Origin: an uncultured Bdellovibrionales bacterium
Lineage (GTDB): Bacteria; Patescibacteriota; Minisyncoccia; Moranbacterales; UBA1568
Direction: 5' to 3'
NCBI GenBank assembly: GCA_964420045.1
Contig: CAYQPQ010000002.1
Span: 2,979 to 66,978 of the forward strand
DNA length: 64,000 bases
Under the pieces are notes generated by a model. It searched no databases and had not been told where the DNA came from. It worked only from the letters and a program-made list of their open reading frames with translations. Both the position numbers and the translations under genes were made by a program. Positions 1-8,016 of this stretch are shown in pieces. Each line of letters opens with the position of its first letter. The first letter of the stretch is position 1.

Positions 1-1297
1 AACGTTCTCCCTATAGTATAGATCGATTCGTTTCGAACGACAACAAAAAAATGAAAACGGGCACAAAAACGGGAAAATGCGGAACCCCCGAATCCATACG
101 GAAACACCCGAATCGAACATTTCGAATGGGTACGGGTACTCCTTTGAAGATGAAGATGGCAAGGATTGAGTGAAACAGCGAGTACCTTCTTCTGCAAGGA
201 GGCTCCGGCTTCCCGATACGAAGAAAACAGAAACGACGCGCAGTTGAACGCGCCCTCGAAGAACGACGCACTCGCTCCCGCTCCCAATGAATGAAAGTCC
301 CTCGAAAGTGAATCACAAAACTTCTCCCTCTGAGTTGTGGCGAGCGAACCCCGCCGAGAGGCGGGGGAGCGAGTAGAAAGAATGACTCGACAATCCTAAA
401 AGTGTCCCGAGTACTCTCGGGACTCCTTATTCGGAGAACGTCACCCCGCCCCGAGGGCGGGGATGGGGGTGGGAGCGTACCCGTATTGTCGGGCGAGAGA
501 GTGGAGCGTGAGACGTACTCGTCGAACTCCTCAATGAACCCGTGCCCCGTCGCGTCCCGTAGCATTTTTCGGTACTCCGAAAATGCGATTAGGGGGCAAA
601 AGGCGAGAGGTTGGGTGAATCGCCTTTTGAGCACCCCGATGGAGAGCCCTATCCCCCCTGCATAGCAATTAGGACTCCTATCATTATTGGGGTACGCCGG
701 GGTTGGGGGGTGCAGGGGGGAGGGTCGGCTCGGGGTGCGACCCCTACTGGATGGGTGGCTGTTCCCCGAGGACGGCGAGGGGGACAGGCACCCTAGCGAC
801 GACTCTCTACTGAGAGCTCCGAGTATGCTCTCGGGGCACCGCTTCCCCGTACCCGTGCCTGTATGACGCGCGAATCCGAAGAGGCTTTATCCATAATGAA
901 CCCGTACCCTTCGCCCGAGGAAAGTTGCGCCCCGAGTATGCTCTCGGGGCACCTTTTCCTCGTACCGGCATTAATGAGTGTTTTGGCTTGAAATGAGGAC
1001 AAATATCTGATAGAGTAAAAATGCACACAACTCAATTTCATCGAAGTGGAAGCGATGTATTTTTTTACATCGTTTCAGCGAAAGGGCGACCTTCGTTACG
1101 ACTTCGATGAGGAGTTGTGTGCAAACGAGTGGTCGTCCTTTTGTGTTTGCACTCATGTACTCCTCACGCCATTCTCGACATTCATTCTTGAGATACAAAG
1201 GCGGTCGGCCGTTTTGGGAATGGACTGTTGCTGACATTGTTCTCTACTTCGTTTTGCTTGGGATCATTCTATTGCTCACTCTTTTTGAGAATTGAGT

Positions 1298-3073
1298 ATG
1301 AAATACGTCATCTACGCGAGAAAATCTACCGAAAGCGAAGACCGACAAACGCTCTCGATTCAGTCGCAGATTATCGAAATGCAAGAGATTGCAAAACGCG
1401 AGAATCTCGATATTGTGAAATTGTTTCAGGAATCGAAATCAGCAAAAGCGCCGGGGCGTCCGGTGTTTTCCGAGATGATCGAGTTTATCAAAAAGGGCAA
1501 AGCGGACGGAATACTTTGTTGGAAAATCGATCGTCTCGCAAGAAATCCACTTGATGAAGGGCTGATCAAATGGATGCTTCAAAAGAGCGAGATCAAACAA
1601 ATCAAAACATCCGAACGCGATTACAATCCGGAAGACAATGTGGTCATTGCGAGCATCGAGTTTTCCATGGCGAATCAGTACATCCGAGACTTGAGCCGAA
1701 ACGTGAAACGCGGACAAGCGGAGAAAGTGCGGCGAGGAGAATATCCGAGCTCCCCTCCCCTCGGGTACACGGGCGATCCCAAAACGAAGCGATTGATTAT
1801 CGTCGAGAAAGAAGCGAGGTGTATCAGAAAAGCATTTGCTCTCTACGCGGCAAAAAGTCATTCGATCATTTCGATTACCGAAGAGTTACAAAAAGAAGGG
1901 CTTCGAACTCGTCGAGGAAGGATCATCTACAAGTCCACGCTCCATCGTATCCTCACCAATCCCATCTACTGCGGAATGTTTGAGTGGAACGGACAAACCC
2001 ACGCAGGAACGCACGAGCCGATTGTTTCGAAGAAACTCTTTGACGAAGTGCAACACATACTCTCCCCGGCGCAGTTTGTCCGACGGACGGAATCATGGAA
2101 GTACACCTACCGCGGACTCATGATGTGCGGCGAGTGCGGACTTAAAGTAACCGCGGAAAAGCAGAAGGGTCATGTCTACTACCGATGCACCAAAACATTC
2201 GGGACACACCGCTGTTCGCAACCGTACCTGCGCGAAGAAAAACTCATTGAACTTATCGGCGAAGAGTTGAAAAGAATTCAGTTTGATGAAGAGATTCTCG
2301 ATCTTGTGGTGGATGCGTCCAAAGAGAAGTACGCTTCCATGGGAGCAGACACCGCCGAGCAAGAAAAGACACTCCTTGCCGCTCTCAAAGAAAATCAAAG
2401 TCGGAAGGATTCGCTTGTGGAAAAGTTTATCGACAATGCACTTCCAAAAGACATCTACGATCGAAAGTTCTCCGAGCTCTCGGAAGAAGAAGCGGGCATC
2501 AGGGAACAACTTCAAGATATGCAAACACAGGACGGGAAGGTTATTGAGAACATTGAGACAGCGGTACAGTTCATCAAGACCGCGCATGACCTCTTCAATC
2601 GAGGCGACGAAACCGTCAAAAGAGAGGTCGCCTTTCTCGTATCTTCGAACCTGGGGTTAAAGGACCGAAAGATCGCGTATTTCAACCTCAATGACCCCTT
2701 CTCGTGGCTCGTCGAAGACGCGTCGTCCCTTCTTCCTCAAAACACAACCCTCGAACCGGCGTTTGTGCGCTTCCCAAAAGGAAAAGCAGTCTCTCATGAG
2801 ACTGCTCGTTCTGTTCTGCGGAGAGGCAGGGATTCGAACCCTGGAAGGGGTTTCCCCCTTAACACATTAGCAGTGTGCTGCTTTCAGCCGCTCAGCCACC
2901 TCTCCAAGTTCTCACAAATTTTCAATGAGCTACGCGCCAAGCAGACTGTAACTCCCCCAAAACAGCTTCATTGCTCGAAGTACCGAGGGACACGCATAGA
3001 AAGAGTGTATCACTGCCAAACACCCTCTGGCAAGACAAGAAACACGCGACCAGTTCGAGCAAATAGACTTTGA
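1298..3073 (+). CDS. Large serine recombinase (resolvase/invertase catalytic domain, recombinase domain, zinc ribbon, coiled coil). The ORF track's frame starts at a TTG at 1292; the first ATG is 1298. There is no in-frame stop until 3073, so the C-terminal ~90 aa read antisense through tRNA-Ser and are probably not functional
   Basis: The N-terminus VIYARKSTESEDRQTLSIQSQ is the hallmark serine-recombinase catalytic motif, with the nucleophile Ser in YARKST. A Cys-rich segment CGECG...YYRC...HRC is followed by a long coiled coil, as in large serine integrases. The 3' end of the ORF overlaps the tRNA at 2819-2905 on the opposite strand. Confidence 0.8.
   Translation: MKYVIYARKSTESEDRQTLSIQSQIIEMQEIAKRENLDIVKLFQESKSAKAPGRPVFSEMIEFIKKGKADGILCWKIDRLARNPLDEGLIKWMLQKSEIKQIKTSERDYNPEDNVVIASIEFSMANQYIRDLSRNVKRGQAEKVRRGEYPSSPPLGYTGDPKTKRLIIVEKEARCIRKAFALYAAKSHSIISITEELQKEGLRTRRGRIIYKSTLHRILTNPIYCGMFEWNGQTHAGTHEPIVSKKLFDEVQHILSPAQFVRRTESWKYTYRGLMMCGECGLKVTAEKQKGHVYYRCTKTFGTHRCSQPYLREEKLIELIGEELKRIQFDEEILDLVVDASKEKYASMGADTAEQEKTLLAALKENQSRKDSLVEKFIDNALPKDIYDRKFSELSEEEAGIREQLQDMQTQDGKVIENIETAVQFIKTAHDLFNRGDETVKREVAFLVSSNLGLKDRKIAYFNLNDPFSWLVEDASSLLPQNTTLEPAFVRFPKGKAVSHETARSVLRRGRDSNPGRGFPLNTLAVCCFQPLSHLSKFSQIFNELRAKQTVTPPKQLHCSKYRGTRIERVYHCQTPSGKTRNTRPVRANRL
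2819..2905 (-). tRNA. tRNA-Ser (anticodon GCT), class II with a long variable arm
   Basis: The reverse complement reads GGAGAGGTGGCTGAGCGG...GCACA-CTGCTAA-TGTGT...GGGGGAAACCCC...CAGGGTTCGAATCCCTGCCTCTCCG. It has a 7-bp acceptor stem, a GTTCGAATC T-loop, an anticodon loop CTGCTAA and a long variable stem-loop. Confidence 0.88.
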
Positions 3074-3378
3074 GGTAACAGTGGTGCGGAGGCTTGCACA
3101 AAGGTGAGAAGTATGCTACACTCGCGCTAGTAGTAAGTTTTCTCTCAATGAGTTTCTGGCGGAATCCAGCACCTTTTTTGGCAAGAGTCCCCGTATCATG
3201 AGCGTGAAAGCGAAGCGGCTTCGCCTTTACACATACGATGATATCAAGGACTTTATCTGAAAAAGGTGCTGGACATTCTAAGGGCGAGATATTCGAGCTT
3301 TTAGGGAAAGCGGGAGCAGGTAGAGGAGAAAGAAGGTCGGCTTACTCGCGTTACTCTTACCTTAGAATCAGAATTTCT

Positions 3379-3690
3379 ATGGCACAGAAGCTCTACGTCG
3401 GTAACCTCTCATACGGCACCACGGACGACAGCCTCCGAGAAGCATTCTCAGAAGCGGGATCCGTTACGTCGGCGAGCGTTATTACCGATCGTGCCACCGG
3501 TCGTTCGAAAGGCTTCGGCTTTGTCGAAATGGCTAGTGATGCGGATGCCGAAAAGGCTATCTCCATGTGGAACGGAAAGGATCTCGATGGTCGCACCCTC
3601 GTAGTAAACGAGGCTCGCCCATTCGAACCCCGCCCGCGCCAAGGTGGAAACGATGGCGGTTACGGCGGTGGCAACAAGCGGGACTGGTAA
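3379..3690 (+). CDS. RRM-type RNA-binding protein with a glycine-rich C-terminus
   Basis: MAQKLYVGNLSYGTTDDSLREAFSEAG...RSKGFGFVEMA carries the RNP2 (LYVGNL) and RNP1 (KGFGFVEM) motifs. The tail is GGNDGGYGGG. Confidence 0.85.
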   Translation: MAQKLYVGNLSYGTTDDSLREAFSEAGSVTSASVITDRATGRSKGFGFVEMASDADAEKAISMWNGKDLDGRTLVVNEARPFEPRPRQGGNDGGYGGGNKRDW

Positions 3691-3781
3691 TTCTCTCCTG
3701 CTTCGAGTTCTCCAAAGAAAAACTCTCCGAGCAATCGGGGAGTTTTTTATTCCTTCCTCATTATAAACAATACAGCAACGT

Positions 3782-4960
3782 TTAATGCACCGTGACGGGC
3801 GTGCCGATGTCTGCCCAATTATAGACGCGCTCGGCAGGACCGACACCGAGGCGGACACAGCCGTGCGAGACCGGCGTGCCAAGATGATTTGCACCTTCCT
3901 TGTAGCCGCCCGGCCACTCAGGCAGTTCGTGAATGCCATATTTCCCGCTTGCCACAAGTGCCATCCAATACGGCATATAGAGCCCATAAGCCTTGGACCA
4001 CGGGCGCGGCGCCTTATTGTGAATCGTATAGTTCCCCTTCGGCGTATCCATTCCCCGCTTGCCCGACGAAACCATATAGGCATCAACAGCCTTCCCATCT
4101 TCAAAAGTTGTCATGACCTGCGTCTCCACATTGATATCGATATATTTTCCCGTGGCGACAACCGGCACCGTATAGCGCTTCGCATTGAGAAGTCGCGTCG
4201 GAAAATCCGCAGCCATAACCGTCGGCGCAGGCGGCAATGTCTCAAAACTTCCTTCATATGCCGTTTCAAAAGATGCGTCCGATGATTCCCGATGGCGCAC
4301 TCGAACCGTCAATGAATACTTCACGCCCGATTGAGTGTCCCGCGGGAGAATGCGAAACTCCTGCTTATCAGAATCAATGCCATACACCACTGCCTTTTCT
4401 CCATTGAACGAGAAATCAAGAAAAGAATCTTCCGCCGATCGATCAAGATGTACCACGACCGGATCCTCTGCTCCGAGTAGCACATCTCTCGCTCCGTCAC
4501 TCGGCGAGACCGATTCCACTTTTGGCGGCGCCCAGGTTTCGAAAAACAGCTTCGTTTCCGGGATCGACCCCAGCCACACGGTTTTCCCTGCCGGCAAAAG
4601 AAGTGAATACCGAGTCCCGGACAACCAATGCCCAACCGGCTTTACGAGAAGCTTCCGATCATCGTTCGTCCATTCAAAAATGACCGGCGTATCCGGCACA
4701 AGCCGGACAGCGTCAGCGAATCCATCCACATCAACCGAAGACGGAAAAGTCACCCCGAGCACACTCTCCGGCTTTACGCCCGCCACCGACACATCAAGCA
4801 TCGGTCGCGCTTCAAGAATGCGTGCATACGCTCGAAATCCATACACTCCCGCCGACGAAAGAAAGAGACCGATGACAAAAAGAGGCAATATGCCCCATGA
4901 CGTCTTTCGCTTTCGCTGACCGCGCAACTGATTTTCTCCCGATGAAAAATTGAAATGCAT
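3782..4960 (-). CDS. L,D-transpeptidase (YkuD domain) with an N-terminal membrane anchor
   Basis: The C-terminal HLGTPVSHGCVRLGVGPAERVYNW segment holds the catalytic His/Cys of the YkuD fold. A transmembrane segment sits at the N-terminus. Confidence 0.75.
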   Translation of the reverse strand: MHFNFSSGENQLRGQRKRKTSWGILPLFVIGLFLSSAGVYGFRAYARILEARPMLDVSVAGVKPESVLGVTFPSSVDVDGFADAVRLVPDTPVIFEWTNDDRKLLVKPVGHWLSGTRYSLLLPAGKTVWLGSIPETKLFFETWAPPKVESVSPSDGARDVLLGAEDPVVVHLDRSAEDSFLDFSFNGEKAVVYGIDSDKQEFRILPRDTQSGVKYSLTVRVRHRESSDASFETAYEGSFETLPPAPTVMAADFPTRLLNAKRYTVPVVATGKYIDINVETQVMTTFEDGKAVDAYMVSSGKRGMDTPKGNYTIHNKAPRPWSKAYGLYMPYWMALVASGKYGIHELPEWPGGYKEGANHLGTPVSHGCVRLGVGPAERVYNWADIGTPVTVH

Positions 4961-5069
4961 AAAAGCTCAGAGATTCATTGCAGTGAAAGAAAACATGCCT
5001 AACTTCCATCCCGCGCAAGAGGCCATTCCGAACTTTCGAGCGGAATGGCCTCCGAAAAAATACGAAGCC

Positions 5070-5267
5070 CTATTGCGGCATTGATGACGAACCCATACCG
5101 GTTCCGCATGCCCGACAGTTCTTCTTATGCGTCGCCACTTCATAGAGCGCCGCCGCACCCACGAGTACATAAATAAGACGCGATACAGGAGCATCCATTC
5201 CGCCAAACAAAAAATCGCCGATATCCGAACCGAACACCCCGACGAGCAACCAATTAATTCCCCCCAA
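5070..5267 (-). CDS. Small membrane protein, DUF378 family
   Basis: The 65-aa protein MGGINWLLVGVFGSDIGDFLFGG...RLIYVLVGAAALYEV resembles the DUF378 two-helix pattern. Confidence 0.45.
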   Translation of the reverse strand: MGGINWLLVGVFGSDIGDFLFGGMDAPVSRLIYVLVGAAALYEVATHKKNCRACGTGMGSSSMPQ

Positions 5268-5420
5268 CGATGAGGAGAATGAAGGCTGCCATATGCATCA
5301 TCTTCATACGCGTGCGCGTAAATAATTATGCTTTCGCTCTCTGCAAAAATTATACCACGAAAATGAAGACGTCGGGAGATGTGTCAATATGAAGAGATTC
5401 CAACTGCCAACATGAAGCAA

Positions 5421-6278
5421 CTACTGTCTCGCTTGATGAATAACTCTTTGAGGAAATGGAATCTCAATACCCTCTTTGTCAAAAGCGATCTTGAGGCGCT
5501 TTCGAAGCTCGCCTGTCACATCCCACTGCTTAATCGGCTGCGTATCGCCGAGAATTTTTATGACAACCGCCGAATCACCAAAGTCATCGACGCGAAGAAA
5601 TTGCGGCGGCGCAATAATCATATCCTTCCAATCCGGATCCTCGGCAAGTTCCTTGCCAACACGGTTCACCACCGAAATCACCCGCTCCAAATCAGCAGAA
5701 TAGGCAATGCCAATATTGAGATTGACCCGGGAAAAATTCTTGGACAAGTTGGAAACCTGTTTCACTTCTCCGTGCGGCACGTGATGCACAACGCCATCAA
5801 GGTCGCGAAGCGTCGTCATACGCAAACTGATATCCTCAACCAAGCCACAGGTGGTATCGAAACACACCACATCGCCGATGCGATACTGATTCTCCATAAT
5901 AATGAAAAGTCCGCTGATGAGATCGCGAATAAGATATTGCCCGCCGAAGCCAAAAGCGATGCCTGCCACTCCCGCCGCCGCCAGGAGCGGCCCCACCGCA
6001 AAGCCGAGTTCGGACAAGAGCATAAGCCCGACAAGCACCCACAACAATATATTGACCGATGTTACAAAGATACGAATAAGCGTATCCTCGCGCTTTCGCT
6101 CCGCTTCCTTGCTCAAGAATCGACTCGGCACCACCAGCCGACGCACCGACTTCTCGATAAACACCCCAACAAACCGCTGAATCAAAAGCGCCGCAAACGC
6201 AATCGCAATCACTTTCACCCCATGATCCAAAAACCACGGCGCCAAACTCTGCACACTCGTTTGAATAAGATTCTGCAT
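5421..6278 (-). CDS. mscS: Small-conductance mechanosensitive channel (MscS family)
   Basis: Transmembrane helices are followed by a conserved beta-domain ...FGFGGQYLIRDLISGLFIIMENQYRIGDVVCFDTTCGLVEDISLRMTTLRDLDGVVHHVPHGEV, typical of MscS. Confidence 0.85.
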   Translation of the reverse strand: MQNLIQTSVQSLAPWFLDHGVKVIAIAFAALLIQRFVGVFIEKSVRRLVVPSRFLSKEAERKREDTLIRIFVTSVNILLWVLVGLMLLSELGFAVGPLLAAAGVAGIAFGFGGQYLIRDLISGLFIIMENQYRIGDVVCFDTTCGLVEDISLRMTTLRDLDGVVHHVPHGEVKQVSNLSKNFSRVNLNIGIAYSADLERVISVVNRVGKELAEDPDWKDMIIAPPQFLRVDDFGDSAVVIKILGDTQPIKQWDVTGELRKRLKIAFDKEGIEIPFPQRVIHQARQ

Positions 6279-6312
6279 AAAAAATTCTGTTAAACACTCG
6301 CGATCAAAAGAG

Positions 6313-6399
6313 CGGTGGGGGTGAGATTCGAACTCACGGTACCGTTTCCGGTACGGCAGTTTTCAAGACTGCTACCTTAAACCGCTCGGTCACCCCACC
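6313..6399 (-). tRNA. tRNA-Ser (anticodon TGA), class II
   Basis: The reverse complement reads GGTGGGGTGACCGAGCGGTTTAAGGTAGCAGT-CTTGAAA-ACTGC...GGAAACGG...GAGTTCGAATCTCACCCCCACCG. It has a long variable arm, a GTTCGAATC T-loop and anticodon TGA. Confidence 0.88.
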
Positions 6400-6518
6400 A
6401 GAAAGAGCCCGCAGCGCCAAAAGCAAGTCACACACTTGCTTCTTTCCAGACTATCAAGAAAGAAACGGCTTGTAAAACATGCTATACTACATACGTTGAA
6501 AAGAATTTTCAGAAGCAT

Positions 6519-6986
6519 ATGGGAAGCAATGCCCCGCAAATCACCTGGTCGGCACCGGAATTCGACGCGTCGCCTGTCCACTCGCGCGTGCTGCTCGCGC
6601 TTCTTGGCGTGTTTCTCGCCATCATTGTCTATGCGCTCATCGAGAACAGCTCCATCATGGCCATCACCTTTGTGCTTTTGGGAACGGTCACACTCCTTCA
6701 CAGCCGCAAGCCTCCAAAAACACTCGACTGCGCCATCACATCCGAGGGCGTGATCGTCGAAAAAGAAGCCTATATGTTCGACAATATAGCCTCGTTTTGG
6801 ATCATCTACGAAGAAGACGAGCGCAGCCTTTTCTTGAAAACGCACGGATCACTCATTGCTTCCGTCCGTGTACCCCTCGGATCCATGAACCCAACCACTG
6901 TCCGAGACGCCCTTCTCCCCTCTGTAAGAGAAATAAAATACGAGCCGACGATTGTTGACACACTCTCTCGTTTCCTGCATATTTAA
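6519..6986 (+). CDS. Hypothetical membrane protein (two transmembrane helices)
   Basis: The ORF has a hydrophobic hairpin LLALLGVFLAIIVYALIENSSIMAITFVLLGTV and sits in a coding-like context. No motif was recognised. Confidence 0.4.
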   Translation: MGSNAPQITWSAPEFDASPVHSRVLLALLGVFLAIIVYALIENSSIMAITFVLLGTVTLLHSRKPPKTLDCAITSEGVIVEKEAYMFDNIASFWIIYEEDERSLFLKTHGSLIASVRVPLGSMNPTTVRDALLPSVREIKYEPTIVDTLSRFLHI

Positions 6987-6996
6987 ACGAGGTTGC

Positions 6997-7198
6997 GCGC
7001 TCGTAGCTCAGTGGATACCTGCCTGCCGGTAGGCGGGGAGCGCCTGGTTGGTATCCAGAAGGTTGTTGCTTTATACACAATCGTAATTCATGTTTTTGCG
7101 CTCGTAGCTCAGTGGATACCTGCCTGCCGGTAGGCGGGGAGCGTCTGGTTGGTATCCAGAAGGTTGCTGTTTTATACACAATCGTAATTCATGTTTTT
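6997..7198 (+). repeat. Two tandem 101-bp repeats, each a truncated tRNA 5' half followed by a spacer. The fragment spans acceptor arm, D-arm and anticodon arm and carries a 20-nt insertion in the D-loop region
   Basis: Units begin at 6997 and 7098 (period 101) and the intact tRNA begins at 7199. Each unit reads GCGCTCGTAGCTCAGTGGATA+cctgcctgccggtaggcggg+GAGCG(C/T)CTGGTTGGTATCCAGAAGG and then diverges into ttatacacaatcgtaattcatgttttt. Neither unit has a T-arm or a 3' acceptor strand. Confidence 0.8.
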
Positions 7199-7271
7199 GC
7201 GCTCGTAGCTCAGTGGATAGAGCGTCTGGTTGCGGTCCAGAAGGTCGCAGGTTCGATTCCTGCCGAGCGCA
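7199..7271 (+). tRNA. tRNA, 73 nt, anticodon GCG (Arg); the isotype call is tentative
   Basis: The sequence is GCGCTCG-TA-GCTC-AGTGGATA-GAGC-G-TCTGG-TTGCGGT-CCAGA-AGGTC-GCAGG-TTCGATT-CCTGC-CGAGCGC-A, a canonical cloverleaf. Anticodon loop positions 34-36 are GCG. Confidence 0.8.
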
Positions 7272-7398
7272 CACTGACACAAAGTACAAGGATTTACACC
7301 TCTCCAAGAAAGATAAAAGACAGGCTCTTCGCCTGTCTTTACTATATTCATCGACAAAAACACGTGAAAGCTTCGCCATGCAGACGTCAAGACACTTC

Positions 7399-7962
7399 CT
7401 ACGCGCCACTCCAAAAGCTCATCATGATGCCGAGATCGCGAGTGTTCACCACATTGTCCGTATTCACATCCGCCGAAAGTCCCGATCCTGTCTGAAGCCA
7501 CTGCGCAACCAGTGCGGTAAAGTCAGCGAGTGAATATGTTTTTGTCTGTGTATTCGTCTCAACACTCGTCGACTTCGCCGACTCGCCAAACCCGCTATAT
7601 GCCGAGACCGCATACACATAGGTTCCCGATGAAAGCCCGGTGTCGGAATAGGTTGTTGTTGTCGCATTGGTTGTTCCAATTTGCACAGTCGGAGTACAGC
7701 CAGCACCACCGCACCGATATACATTATACCCGGCGAGCCACCCGTCCGAAACCGCATCCCACGACAAATTGATCTGTGTTGTCGAGGGAGACGAAGCGAC
7801 AAGATTTGCCGGCGTCGGCGGCGCACCCGCAGGAGGCGGAGGCGGAGGCGGAAGTGCTGCAAATGCCGCCGGCACAAACAGCACCGCAATCGAGAGAAAG
7901 CCGAGAATTGCTCCCGTAAGCATCCGGTTTTCTTTTGCAAAGATGCCTAATTTTTGTTTCAT
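7399..7962 (-). CDS. Secreted or anchored protein with a proline-rich linker, an FN3-like domain and a C-terminal dockerin-like calcium-binding repeat
   Basis: An N-terminal hydrophobic segment is followed by PPPPPPPAGAPPTP and then ...NLSWDAVSDGWLAGYNVYR, which is FN3-like. The C-terminal ADVNTDNVVNTRDLGIMMSFW fits the dockerin pattern D-x-N-x-D-x-x-V-N-x-x-D-L. Confidence 0.6.
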   Translation of the reverse strand: MKQKLGIFAKENRMLTGAILGFLSIAVLFVPAAFAALPPPPPPPAGAPPTPANLVASSPSTTQINLSWDAVSDGWLAGYNVYRCGGAGCTPTVQIGTTNATTTTYSDTGLSSGTYVYAVSAYSGFGESAKSTSVETNTQTKTYSLADFTALVAQWLQTGSGLSADVNTDNVVNTRDLGIMMSFWSGA

Positions 7963-8016
7963 AGAATTCTACGCTGCATGGATTAAATCACATTCCTCAC
8001 TTTTCAAAGACTCAAC

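Noticed and set aside
11-634. A 207-aa minus-strand ORF at the window start
   Set aside because: Its composition is Arg/Pro-rich and low-complexity. It lies in a GC-rich hairpin-dense region with no coding periodicity evident and no recognisable motif, so it is more likely structured non-coding DNA.
1292-1297. The TTG at 1292, at the start of the ORF-track frame, as the recombinase start codon
   Set aside because: An in-frame ATG follows two codons later (1298) and gives the canonical MKYVIYARKST N-terminus. The TTG start cannot be excluded but is the less likely one.
5379-6293. A 304-aa plus-strand ORF
   Set aside because: It lies entirely antisense to the well-supported MscS gene and is a typical shadow ORF, K/R/H-rich with no motifs.
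6997-7198. The first two tRNA-like units as functional tRNA-Thr(GGT) genes
   Set aside because: Each unit lacks the T-arm and the 3' acceptor strand. The sequence after the anticodon stem diverges into spacer that is repeated with the unit. Only the third unit folds as a complete cloverleaf.
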